64,000 nucleotides of DNA from contig WHSU01000010.1 of the NCBI GenBank assembly GCA_009379925.1, positions 18,023-82,022 of the forward strand. Reading direction: 5' to 3'. This stretch comes from Dehalococcoidia bacterium (GTDB lineage Bacteria; Chloroflexota; Dehalococcoidia; UBA2979). A program made the translations under genes and the position numbers. Below the pieces are notes generated by a model that did no database searches, was not told where the DNA came from, and was given only the letters and a program-made list of their open reading frames with translations. Of this stretch, positions 18,208 through 26,051 are shown piece by piece; within the stretch, counting starts at the first letter, position 1, and each line of letters starts with the position of its first letter.

Positions 18208-18906
18208 TCACGCCTCAACTGGATCCTTCACGTCGTGCAGGAGCCCATCGCGCATGTCCAGGATGCGATCGGTGAGGCGAGCCATCTCGCGGTCGTGCGT
18301 GACGATGATCGCGGCGATCTCGCGGCGGCGGACCTCCTTGATGAGGGCCCGCACCACCTGGCTGCCGCGCACTAGATCGAGGTTCGCCGTCGGCTCGTCG
18401 GCGAGCAGCACGTCGGGCTCGTTCGCGAGGGCGCGGGCGATGGCCACGCGCTGGCGTTCGCCGCCCGACAGCTCGGTCGCCACCGCATTCGCGCGGTGGG
18501 ACAGCCCCAGGCCGGCAATGAGCCGGTCGGCACGCTGCTTGACATGCCGCTTGTGGGAGATCGCGCCGATCAGCTCGATGTTTTCGCGGGCGGTGAGATA
18601 GGGGACAAGGTTGCCCGCCTGGAAGATAAAGCCGACCGACTCGCGACGGACACGTGCGAGGTCTGGCTTCGCCAGGCGAGACAGGTCGCGTCCACCGAGG
18701 TCGATGCTGCCTGACGAGGGTGTGAGCAGCCCGCCCAGCATCGCCAACAGCGTCGTCTTCCCGGACCCGCTCGGGCCGACGATGGCGACGCACTCACCGG
18801 CGGCCACCGCAAAGCTGACGCCGCGCACGGCGTCGACCCGCATCTCTCCCACTCCGTAAGTCTTCGTAAGCTCTCGGACGCTCACCGTGATCCGTCGCTC
18901 ATCCAC
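18208..18906 (-). CDS. ABC transporter ATP-binding protein (MacB/LolD-like)
   Basis: 232 aa with Walker A 'GPSGSGKTTLL', signature 'LSGGERQRVAIARAL' and Walker B 'LLADEPTANLD'. Confidence 0.93.
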   Translation of the reverse strand: MDERRITVSVRELTKTYGVGEMRVDAVRGVSFAVAAGECVAIVGPSGSGKTTLLAMLGGLLTPSSGSIDLGGRDLSRLAKPDLARVRRESVGFIFQAGNLVPYLTARENIELIGAISHKRHVKQRADRLIAGLGLSHRANAVATELSGGERQRVAIARALANEPDVLLADEPTANLDLVRGSQVVRALIKEVRRREIAAIIVTHDREMARLTDRILDMRDGLLHDVKDPVEA

Positions 18907-18934
18907 TTTCGTACCTCATCAGCTCTGGGGCGGG

Positions 18935-20041
18935 CTAGTGTTGCTGGGCCAGCGCGATGATCGGGTCAACGCGCATGATGCTGCGGATGGAGAACAGGAC
19001 TGCGAGGAGCGCGGTGACAACGAGAGAAACGCCACTCGTCAGGTAGACCGTGCCGGTGAGCACGATCGGGATGCCGCCACCTCCGAGTGCCGAAGCGGTC
19101 AAGCCTGCCCAGAGGGTGGCGATCGCGAGGCCGGCGACGACGATCACCCCGGCCTGCAGCAATGTCTGGCCCGCGACAAAGCCGCTGCTGGCGCCGAGCG
19201 CCTTCAGCAGTCCGATATTCGACACCTTCTGCAACGTGAGCACATAGAAGAAGACCCCGACGACGCCGGCGCTTATCGCGTAGCCGAAGAAGCGCAGCGC
19301 CCAGATCGTCCCCTGCATGTCGGCCAACCCCTCGATGTTGGCGAAGGCCTCGTCCTTGGAGGCCAGCACGAACCCCGATCCGGCTTCCGTGTCGACGAGG
19401 TCCGTTCCCTGCATGAGCACGATGCTCGCCGCGGGGACGACGTCCCCATCGCCTTGCGGGTAACGCAGATCCTGCCAGCTCGACCGGAGCATGTACGCGA
19501 CCGGGAGGAAAGCGAACGAACCGCCATCGATGACGCCGACGATCTCGAACTGCTCCGCGCGCAGGTCGCGCAGAATCGTCACTGAGTCGCCGATGACCGC
19601 GGACGAATCGGCGAGGAACTGGCGGTCCACGAGCAGACCACGAGCATCTGCGTCCGTGAGCGGGCGCCCCGCGATCGGCTGAGGCTCGGCGATGGTGCCG
19701 GGGTCGTAGCCGAAGATCGAGGTCGCAAGCACCTCACCGTCACCGCTGCGGTAGTCCGTCATGAGGAAGCCGAGCGGGGCCGATCGTTCCTCGGTCGCCT
19801 GGCTTCGTATTGCCTCCACGCTCGACTCGCTCAGTTCCGAGCGGTTGATCGCGAGCCGAGCACCGTCGTCGAACGCGATGGCATCGGCGTCGAAGCGCTT
19901 CACGGCACTGCCGAACTCATCCTGCAGACCGAGGCCGAGCGCGTTGATCATGAGGACCAGGTAGGACACCAGCGCAACCACGAGACCGATCAGCACGAAC
20001 GTCGTGCGCCGGCGCCAGATCTCGCGCAGTCCCAGCATCAC
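18935..20041 (-). CDS. ABC transporter permease, FtsX-like
   Basis: 368 aa. 'LGLREIWRRRTTFVLIGLVVALVSYLVLMINAL' is a MacB/FtsX-type N-terminus. A large periplasmic loop is followed by three C-terminal TM helices. Confidence 0.88.
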   Translation of the reverse strand: MMLGLREIWRRRTTFVLIGLVVALVSYLVLMINALGLGLQDEFGSAVKRFDADAIAFDDGARLAINRSELSESSVEAIRSQATEERSAPLGFLMTDYRSGDGEVLATSIFGYDPGTIAEPQPIAGRPLTDADARGLLVDRQFLADSSAVIGDSVTILRDLRAEQFEIVGVIDGGSFAFLPVAYMLRSSWQDLRYPQGDGDVVPAASIVLMQGTDLVDTEAGSGFVLASKDEAFANIEGLADMQGTIWALRFFGYAISAGVVGVFFYVLTLQKVSNIGLLKALGASSGFVAGQTLLQAGVIVVAGLAIATLWAGLTASALGGGGIPIVLTGTVYLTSGVSLVVTALLAVLFSIRSIMRVDPIIALAQQH

Positions 20042-20334
20042 CCGACCTCCTTGAGCAACCGCTCAAGCTGTGCGGTGCGCTGTTCCAACTCGTCGAGCTT
20101 CGTCGCGGTACGTTCCAGGCCGTCGCCGGCGAGCCGTTGGGCAGCCACGGACTCCTCGGCCAGCCTGCGGTATGCCTCCTCCCGCGCCACGGACATGCGC
20201 GCCCGCCAGGTGCCGAACACCTGGACGATCAGGATCGCGGCGATGATGGTCACGAAGGCGATACCCGCGACGGCGATCGCCGCCTCCGGCCAGCGGGTGT
20301 TGTCCGCCGCAACCTGCAATACGACCGGGCTCAT
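20038..20334 (-). CDS. small membrane protein with C-terminal coiled coil (hypothetical)
   Basis: 98 aa with one TM helix 'AAIAVAGIAFVTIIAAILIVQVF' and then a helical 'EEAYRRLAEESVAAQRL...LDELEQRTAQLERLLKEV'. 4-nt overlaps with both neighbours. Confidence 0.6.
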   Translation of the reverse strand: MSPVVLQVAADNTRWPEAAIAVAGIAFVTIIAAILIVQVFGTWRARMSVAREEAYRRLAEESVAAQRLAGDGLERTATKLDELEQRTAQLERLLKEVG

Positions 20335-20337
20335 GAA

Positions 20338-20694
20338 TCAGTCCTCCTCTTTCTTGGCTGCCGGTGGGCTGAGGGTCGCGACGGCTGTGTTGATGAAGTC
20401 AGGCGTGAGCCGGAGGTCGAACGACACGACCTCGTAGAACTTCAGCGCCCGGCCGTCCGCTGTTGAGAGCTCCAGTTCACCCCTGACGAGCCCACCGGCC
20501 TCGAGTCGCTGAAGGTGGAGATAGAGCAACGTCCGGCTCATGCCGGCGTCCCGGGCAAGCTGGCTGACGTGCGTCCGGCCCTGGCGCCTGAGCAGCGCCA
20601 GGATCCGCAGCCGGTGCGGGCTCGCGAGCGCGTTCAGCGCGAGGAGCAGGTCATCGCCAGTCAGTACCGGCGCTCTGTCATGGTCTTCGCTCAT
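20338..20694 (-). CDS. ArsR-family winged-helix transcriptional regulator
   Basis: 118 aa. 'LLLALNALASPHRLRILALLRRQGRTHVSQLARDAGMSRTLLYLHLQRLEAGGLV' is an ArsR/SmtB HTH. First gene of the FtsX/ABC operon. Confidence 0.85.
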   Translation of the reverse strand: MSEDHDRAPVLTGDDLLLALNALASPHRLRILALLRRQGRTHVSQLARDAGMSRTLLYLHLQRLEAGGLVRGELELSTADGRALKFYEVVSFDLRLTPDFINTAVATLSPPAAKKEED

Positions 20695-20734
20695 CTGTCA
20701 GAATAATATGACGCAAGACTTATTCCTGTGTCAA
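20695..20734 (-). promoter_or_regulatory. candidate promoter with embedded inverted repeat (operator) for the ArsR-FtsX-ABC operon; near-leaderless start
   Basis: The minus strand reads 'TTGACAcaggaataagtcttgcgtCATATTattctgacagATG'. The -35 TTGACA is at 20729-20734 and a -10-like CATATT/TATTAT follows. The inverted repeat CAGAATAA (20699-20706) / TTATTC(C)TG (20720-28) lies between the two boxes. Only about 8-11 nt separate the -10 element from the ATG, and no SD is present. Confidence 0.4.
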
Positions 20735-21347
20735 TCAGCGATGCGGAGCACATGCACTGGTGGGTGAAGTCGTCGTCGAACGACTCGCGATACGGGTCGA
20801 CTGGGCAGCTCGGACGCGCGGCCGTACACCTTCGCGGTCTTCGATGAGGCGCAGACACCGGTGTGGAGGGCGCCGCGGTCCCCGACGCCTCAGTCCGACT
20901 CGGTCGCGGGCCGCATGCCTTCGCCGCACCCCTCAGATACCGGCGGGCGATCTCGACGTCGCCCCGGTGACCTCCTGGGCCGCGCTCGCCGCAAAGTTGG
21001 TCGAGTCGATCGCGCGAGGAACGGTCGCGGGTGTCAGCGGCGAGACGCTGTCGACGCCTAGGTCGTTGCGGTCGTCTAGGTCGTTTGCGGTGGTCGCACG
21101 CAGGCACCCCGAGGCCACGCTCAACCTCGCCTCAGGCAACGCCTGGCTGCGGGACGAGCGGGTGCATGACGTACTCGGTGATCGCCCGGCGCACAGGTCG
21201 CCGGTGCTCCAACACCTCGAGGTGCGATAGGACGGCTGGCGGCTACCGCGGGGAGCCCAGCACCTGCCCCAGCACCTGGAAGCCCGGCGCCAGGCCGTCC
21301 GGCAGGTACTGGATATCGGTGTCTCGCGCGTGCTGGTTGAGGGTCAT
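20735..21347 (-). pseudogene. decayed gene of unknown function downstream of the VOC gene
   Basis: An ATG at 21347-21345 overlaps the VOC stop in an ATGA coupling motif. It opens 'MTLNQHARDTDIQYLPDGLAPGFQVLGQVLGSPR*'. Coding-like, GC3-rich text then continues only by switching frames ('AVLSHLEVLEHRRPVRRAITEYVMHPLVPQPGV', 'SVASGCLRATTANDLDDRNDLGVDSVSPLTPATVPRAIDSTNFAASAAQEVTG', 'GDRGALHTGVCASSKTAKVYGRASELP'). No intact ORF spans the 650-bp gap. I could not identify a family. Confidence 0.3.
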
Positions 21348-21823
21348 GCGTCGTTGTAAGCGGCCCGGAGCCCGCTGACCTCGATCTTCGACATGCCCAG
21401 CATCGCCTGCATCACGCGCCCGGCGCGCTCCCGGTCCGGGTCGCCCAGCAACCGGCCCAGGTCATCGGGGATGATCTGCCATGACAGGCCGAAGCGATCC
21501 TTCAGCCAGCCGCACCGGCTCGGCTCGCCGCCATCCGCGAGCAGCGCGTCCCACAGGCGATCCACCTCCGACTGCGTCTCGCACGAGACGAACAGCGAGA
21601 TCGCCTCGGTGAACGGGAACTGCGGGCCGCCGTTCAGCGCCATCAGATCGAGTCCCGCCAGACGGAACGTGCCCGTCATGATGCGCCCGTCCGGACCGGG
21701 ACTGGTGCTCAGGATCTCGGAGTCTTCGAAGAGCGAGACGTAGAAGTTCATCGCCTCCTCCGCCTGGGTGTCGAACCAGAGGAAGGGCGTGATGCGCTGT
21801 GACGCGACGGTCGAAGGTGGCAT
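21344..21823 (-). CDS. VOC (glyoxalase/PhnB-like) family protein
   Basis: 159 aa. 'ITPFLWFDTQAEEAMNFYVSLFEDSEILS...GTFRLAGLDLMALNGGPQFPFTEAISLFVSCETQSEVDRLWDALLADGGEPSRCGWLKDRFGLSWQIIP' is a PhnB/3-demethylubiquinone-methyltransferase-like VOC signature. Confidence 0.85.
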   Translation of the reverse strand: MPPSTVASQRITPFLWFDTQAEEAMNFYVSLFEDSEILSTSPGPDGRIMTGTFRLAGLDLMALNGGPQFPFTEAISLFVSCETQSEVDRLWDALLADGGEPSRCGWLKDRFGLSWQIIPDDLGRLLGDPDRERAGRVMQAMLGMSKIEVSGLRAAYNDA

Positions 21824-21839
21824 GAGACGTCTCCTGGTC

Positions 21840-22142
21840 CTATGAGCTTGGCTGTTGCTTGAGTGTTTCAGCGAGGTTGGCTGCGGCTTGAGTTCGTCCA
21901 GCAGAGCGTCCAGGCCCTGGCGCCTGTAGCGTTCCGGGCGCGCGGTCGCCGCTGCCATAGGCGCTGCCGCCAGCCGGCGCGGCCGGCGCTGCGCGTCGCG
22001 ATGCCGCTGGCCCCGTCACGGACGCCTCGCGATCCGCGAGCCGCGCGAAGATCGCTCGCCGGGTGGGGCCGGCCGATGCCGCGGACGTGGCGTCGACGCG
22101 GTCGACTACCGCCGGACCCGATGCATAATCATGTGGTTCCAT
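21840..22142 (-). pseudogene. ArsR/SmtB-family regulator remnant (internal deletion plus frameshift)
   Basis: The N-terminal 'AGPTRRAIFARLADREASVTG' equals the ArsR 'ADPTRR.IL..L...e.tv.eL' helix. The expected recognition helix ('MS.PAVS.HL.vL..AGL') is absent. The family-typical C-terminus ('PERYRRQGLDALLDELK') is readable only in another frame, the one that runs into the VOC start. Confidence 0.4.
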
Positions 22143-22156
22143 AACCACATGATTAT
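22125..22156. promoter_or_regulatory. perfect 14-bp inverted repeat (ATAATCATGTGGTT-ccat-AACCACATGATTAT), probable operator
   Basis: Read directly: 22125-22138 is the exact reverse complement of 22143-22156, with a 4-nt spacer. It is an AT-rich island in GC-rich DNA. It lies between the divergent ArsR-remnant/VOC genes and the AlkD-like gene. Confidence 0.75.
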
Positions 22157-22239
22157 CTTGTACAGTGGCGGAAGTCAACCCGAGAGACCTGCGCGCGACA
22201 GTGCTACCCAAGGAATGGTGCCACCCGAGGAGTCGGCGA

Positions 22240-22962
22240 GTGTCGGAACAGCTGACCGCGTCCGCGTTCCTCGCCCGGTTGCACGCCCAGGCAACCGAGG
22301 CGCAGCGGGTCGCCTACCGCCGGTACTTTCCCGGCGACGAGAGCTTCATCGGGGTCAGGATGGGTGCCGTCTTTGCCGTCGCGAAAGAATTCAACGCGAT
22401 GCCGATACCGGAGATCGAGGCGCTGCTCGATAGTCCCATCCACGAGGCGCGCGCCGGCGCGTGCTCTGTGATGGGCAAGGCCGCGAGCCATCCGCGGGTT
22501 ACTCTCGAGCGCCATGAGGCGTTGTACAAGCTCTACTTGCGACGCCACGACCGCATCAACGACTGGGACCTCGTCGACCTCGCGGCGTTCCATGTGGTCG
22601 GGACGTGGCTGCTGACCCGTCCCCGCGATCCGCTGTACGCCCTCGCGCGATCGGCCTCCTGGCCCGAGCGGCGCAGTGCGATCGTCGCCACCGCCGCGTT
22701 TCTGAAGCTCGGCGAGATCGAAGACACGCTCCGACTCAGCCGCATGCTGATCGACGATGAGCATCCCCTCGTACAGAAGGCCGTAGGGTGGATGCTGCGC
22801 GTGGCCGCCGACGTCGACCGGTCCGCCGCCCGCGCGTTCCTCGACGAGTTGGCGCCGGTGATGCCGCGCCCGATGCTTCGCGCGGCGATCGAGAAGTTCG
22901 AGCCCGACGAGCGCAAGGCGTATCGCGCGCGAAAGCCGGATGACGACGCTGACCGCCGATGA
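22240..22962 (+). CDS. DNA alkylation repair protein (AlkC/AlkD-like HEAT-repeat family)
   Basis: 'AFLARLHAQATEAQRVAYRRYFPGDESFIGVRMGAVFAVAKEF...LLDSPIHEARAGA...INDWDLVDLAAFHVVG...WPERRSAIVATAAFLK...DDEHPLVQKAVGWMLR' matches the family pattern. The GTG at 22240 has an AGGAG 7 nt upstream. The ORF track starts at 22165. Confidence 0.8.
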   Translation: MSEQLTASAFLARLHAQATEAQRVAYRRYFPGDESFIGVRMGAVFAVAKEFNAMPIPEIEALLDSPIHEARAGACSVMGKAASHPRVTLERHEALYKLYLRRHDRINDWDLVDLAAFHVVGTWLLTRPRDPLYALARSASWPERRSAIVATAAFLKLGEIEDTLRLSRMLIDDEHPLVQKAVGWMLRVAADVDRSAARAFLDELAPVMPRPMLRAAIEKFEPDERKAYRARKPDDDADRR

Positions 22963-23035
22963 CTCGTTCGCCCCTCAGGCGGGCCCGTTGAGGGGCTGGC
23001 CGCCCGGGATCGGGTCTCCAGCGGCGGCCGACCGC

Positions 23036-24421
23036 TCAGGAGCGCGCCGTCGCCCCGTGCGCAAGCTGGCGCAGCGCCTGAATGCCGGGCATGAAGAAGT
23101 AGGCGCCACCTCGCACCGACACAAAGCGAGGCATTCTCTCGGAGCGGCGTGCCACTGGTTGGGCCTGCACGGTGAACGTGTTCACGCCTGGACCCACCAG
23201 CGGGTCGGGCTCGTCGTACAGGCCGATGAAGGTGGGGTTGTTCACCCACATATGCTGCACAAACTCGAACTGACGCGCGATGTCCGCATTCAAGGCGATG
23301 AAGTAGAGACCGCGCTCACCCTGATGTTCGGGCGATGGCGCCTGCTCGCCGTGCCGCACCGGTTCCGGCAGGCCCACGCCGTATTCGCGGCCGCGCCGGA
23401 TGATGCGGTGGTGGTTGGCCGCGGCCACTGACTGCTCTGAGCCCGGCTGCGGGTCGAGCGAGTCGCGCGGGTTGGCGCGTCGGACATGAGCGCCCATAGG
23501 GCACGCTAGTCCGTGCCGATCCTCGTCGTGATACGCGAAGTCATTCACCCCGGCAAATGCCGGGATGTCCTCGTGAGGGGCGCGAACGAGAGGCGCCCCG
23601 CTCGGCCAGCGGCCCACCATCTTGGCCGCGACCCGGACCTGCGTAGCCCGGTCGCTCGCGCCGTAGACCTCCTGCGCGACATCCGCCGTCGCCCTCCAGA
23701 ACCGGAGGACATCCTGCTCCAGCTGCCGGAACACGACGTAGGTCCCGTTACGCCCGAGGTCCCCGGCGTCCGCAAGGGGCGCCGGTATGGGCTCGCCGGA
23801 GACGCCGTAGGCGTTCTCGTAGCCGAGGATGAACTCGCCTGCCTTCAGCGTATTCTCCGGCCGATCGGTGAATCTGAGGCCCTCGATGGTGGGCTGGGAT
23901 ACGCCGTCTCGGAAGCCGAAGTGCTCCAGGCCGTCCAGGTCCTCGTTGGTTTCCAGGGTGCGGACCTCCTGCAGGCCGCTCGCGGCGAAGCGACTGGCGT
24001 GCCGGTCGCGCAACCCATCAAGAGCGGCGTAGTCCGAGGCGAAGAGCATCAGCACCAGGTCGATGCGCGGTGTCTCCGGCCCGCCCCAGACCCACCGCTC
24101 CGGCGCACTCTCATCGATGTCGCCGAGGATGCGCTGGCGGTGCAGCGTGGTCATGCCCTCCACGAACTCTGGCGAGAACCGCGACACGGAGTCGGCGGGC
24201 AGGCCGAGTTGCTCCAAGCCGGAGCGGGTGAACGCGATGTTCAGAGCGTCACCCTCCGGCCGGCTCACCGCCGTCGTCACCTCGGCGATTGTGTCTGCCA
24301 GCCACGAGCGCGCCAGATTCGGGTCAGCCACCGCAAGCAGCACGTAGCAAGCGGCGCGCAGGTCGCGGTACCCCCGCGCGATGAGACCCTGCATGTCGTG
24401 GACTTCGAGCGTTGGCGCCAT
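23036..24421 (-). CDS. DyP-type (dye-decolorizing) haem peroxidase
   Basis: About 461 aa. 'MQGLIARGY...' N-terminus, then 'LDGLEHFGFRDGVSQPTIEGL' (the GXXDG DyP motif) and 'ACPMGAHVRRANPRD' (proximal His region). The ATG at 24421 is preferred over the ORF-track start at 24499. Confidence 0.88.
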   Translation of the reverse strand: MAPTLEVHDMQGLIARGYRDLRAACYVLLAVADPNLARSWLADTIAEVTTAVSRPEGDALNIAFTRSGLEQLGLPADSVSRFSPEFVEGMTTLHRQRILGDIDESAPERWVWGGPETPRIDLVLMLFASDYAALDGLRDRHASRFAASGLQEVRTLETNEDLDGLEHFGFRDGVSQPTIEGLRFTDRPENTLKAGEFILGYENAYGVSGEPIPAPLADAGDLGRNGTYVVFRQLEQDVLRFWRATADVAQEVYGASDRATQVRVAAKMVGRWPSGAPLVRAPHEDIPAFAGVNDFAYHDEDRHGLACPMGAHVRRANPRDSLDPQPGSEQSVAAANHHRIIRRGREYGVGLPEPVRHGEQAPSPEHQGERGLYFIALNADIARQFEFVQHMWVNNPTFIGLYDEPDPLVGPGVNTFTVQAQPVARRSERMPRFVSVRGGAYFFMPGIQALRQLAHGATARS

Positions 24422-24449
24422 CGCAGCTACCCCCTCGTGATCTCCAGGC

Positions 24450-25700
24450 CTACAGGAGGCGGAGCCAGGCCTGTACCTCGTCCGGGTCGAGGTCTCCATA
24501 TAGCCCGGCGCGGATCTCTGCGTTGTTGTCTACGTTGGCGGCGCTCAGCTTTGGATAGGCGGAGTACCACACATGGGTGGGGATCTGGTGGCCGCGGAGG
24601 AACGCCTTGAAGCCGCGTTCCTGGTTCGCGCCCTCCCAGAACAGCCAGCGTGTCGTCGGGTACCCCTCCTGGTTGCCGAAGCCGGTGTTCAGGACCCACG
24701 CCACGAGGTCGACAAAGTCGTCCATGTAGGACTCCAGGCTGCCGTCGTAGTAGCTCGTGAACATCATCCGGCCGTCGTTGAGCTCCATGAGGCGGGCGAA
24801 GTGGACCGTCCGCAAACCCGCGAGGCTGCCCCGGGTGAAGACGTGACGCGTGCTATACGCGGCCGCGGCCGTGAACACGGGCGCGGTGAGGCGCCAGAAG
24901 CGGCCGGGCTTCACCGCGGCGACCGTGGTGATCGCGTTCTGGATCCCGTAGTCCTCCGTGTCTCGAATCGCGCGTAGCCGTTCGCGGTCCACTTCCACGT
25001 CCACCTCGGGTGCGCGGATCTCCTGGAGGCGAAGCGCGAGGAAGGCGATCACGGCCGCGGGGATGACGACAGGCGCCAGTAGGAGCAGTGCGGCTGGTAT
25101 GCCGAACTTGCGGGCGCCTTCGGTGAGGCGGAACCGCCACCCCGGCGCCGGCGCCTCGCTCCGTGCCCACGCGAGGTCCCGTTGCGAGTCCACGAACGCC
25201 TGGATGGTCGCTCGCGCCTCGATAGCGCTCTGTCCCGCGAGGTCGTTCGTGTCGTCCAGGAAGTGCCGAATCGCCTGCCGCAGCTGCTCCTCCCGCTGGA
25301 TCTGCTGTAGCGACCGCCCGACGTGATGGACGTAGACCACCTCGGAGCCTCGCATCCGCGAGCGCAGGTATCGCAGCCGTTGGTCGGGCGTGGCGGGTGT
25401 CGCGGGGTAGCCCTCACAGCGCCCGAAAACCTGGTCGAGGCCCGCCCCGGCGACGTTGACGAAGTCGCGCAGCTGTTCGTCTCCTGGTGCATCGCAGTCC
25501 AGCATCAGCAGCAACGTGTCGGCGCCGGACGTGCCGTCCACGACCTGCAGGCGCGCGAAGTGCGTGGCCCTGAGCCGAGCGAATGGAATCACCGGGTTGC
25601 ACGCGCCGGCGGCGCTCATCTCCTCGAGCAGCCGCTTCATGTCCGCCGTTGCCCCCGGCTTGATCGGTGCGCTCACGGTCAGCGCGACCTGGTGGGGCAT
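24450..25700 (-). CDS. hypothetical two-lobed protein with central TM helix, each lobe carrying an 'HFAR' motif (DyP-operon partner)
   Basis: 416 aa from 'MPHQVALTVSAPIKPG'. The N-lobe has 'FARLRATHFARLQVVDG...LLLMLDCDAPGDEQLRDFV'. The central hydrophobic segment is 'FGIPAALLLLAPVVIPAAVIAFLALRL'. The C-lobe has 'LAGLRTVHFARLMELNDGRMMFTSYYDGSLESYMDDFVD'. It ends 28 nt upstream of the DyP start. Confidence 0.6.
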   Translation of the reverse strand: MPHQVALTVSAPIKPGATADMKRLLEEMSAAGACNPVIPFARLRATHFARLQVVDGTSGADTLLLMLDCDAPGDEQLRDFVNVAGAGLDQVFGRCEGYPATPATPDQRLRYLRSRMRGSEVVYVHHVGRSLQQIQREEQLRQAIRHFLDDTNDLAGQSAIEARATIQAFVDSQRDLAWARSEAPAPGWRFRLTEGARKFGIPAALLLLAPVVIPAAVIAFLALRLQEIRAPEVDVEVDRERLRAIRDTEDYGIQNAITTVAAVKPGRFWRLTAPVFTAAAAYSTRHVFTRGSLAGLRTVHFARLMELNDGRMMFTSYYDGSLESYMDDFVDLVAWVLNTGFGNQEGYPTTRWLFWEGANQERGFKAFLRGHQIPTHVWYSAYPKLSAANVDNNAEIRAGLYGDLDPDEVQAWLRLL

Positions 25701-26051
25701 CAGTGAGACTCCTCTCGAAGAGCGCCCGCCCTTCGCGCTGGCGCCTAACCAACGCGGTGCTCGGTCACGGCTCACCCGTCGAGAGGGGCGGGTGGACGTG
25801 CGGAAGCGTGAGTCCGCCGCAGCGCCCCCGAGGTGGGCCGGTGGCTGAGATCCGCCGCTCAAATGCGAAGCCGCAGACATCGCCGCCCTGCGGACGGTAC
25901 CACGTGGCGCACCGAAATCCGCCGTTCGGGCGGCGGTTAGTCACGTAAGAATCGCCAATCACGCGCGCATCCCAGAGGGTGCTATAACCGGTGTTGGGCT
26001 CAGCCCTCCCGGGATCCAGGCCCACCTCGGGACGCCATCAGGGAGCGATCG

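Noticed and set aside
23036-24421. DyP peroxidase as encapsulin cargo
   Set aside because: No encapsulin shell (HK97-fold) gene is adjacent. The DyP C-terminus ('...IQALRQLAHGATARS') lacks the Gly/Ser/Leu-rich targeting-peptide pattern that I would expect.
25701-26051. Small hairpin 'ccgccgttcgggcgg' and other structure in the 350-bp divergent intergenic region as an sRNA or terminator
   Set aside because: The stem is short (5 bp) with no U-tract and no conserved motif recognisable by eye. The region is most simply two divergent promoters.
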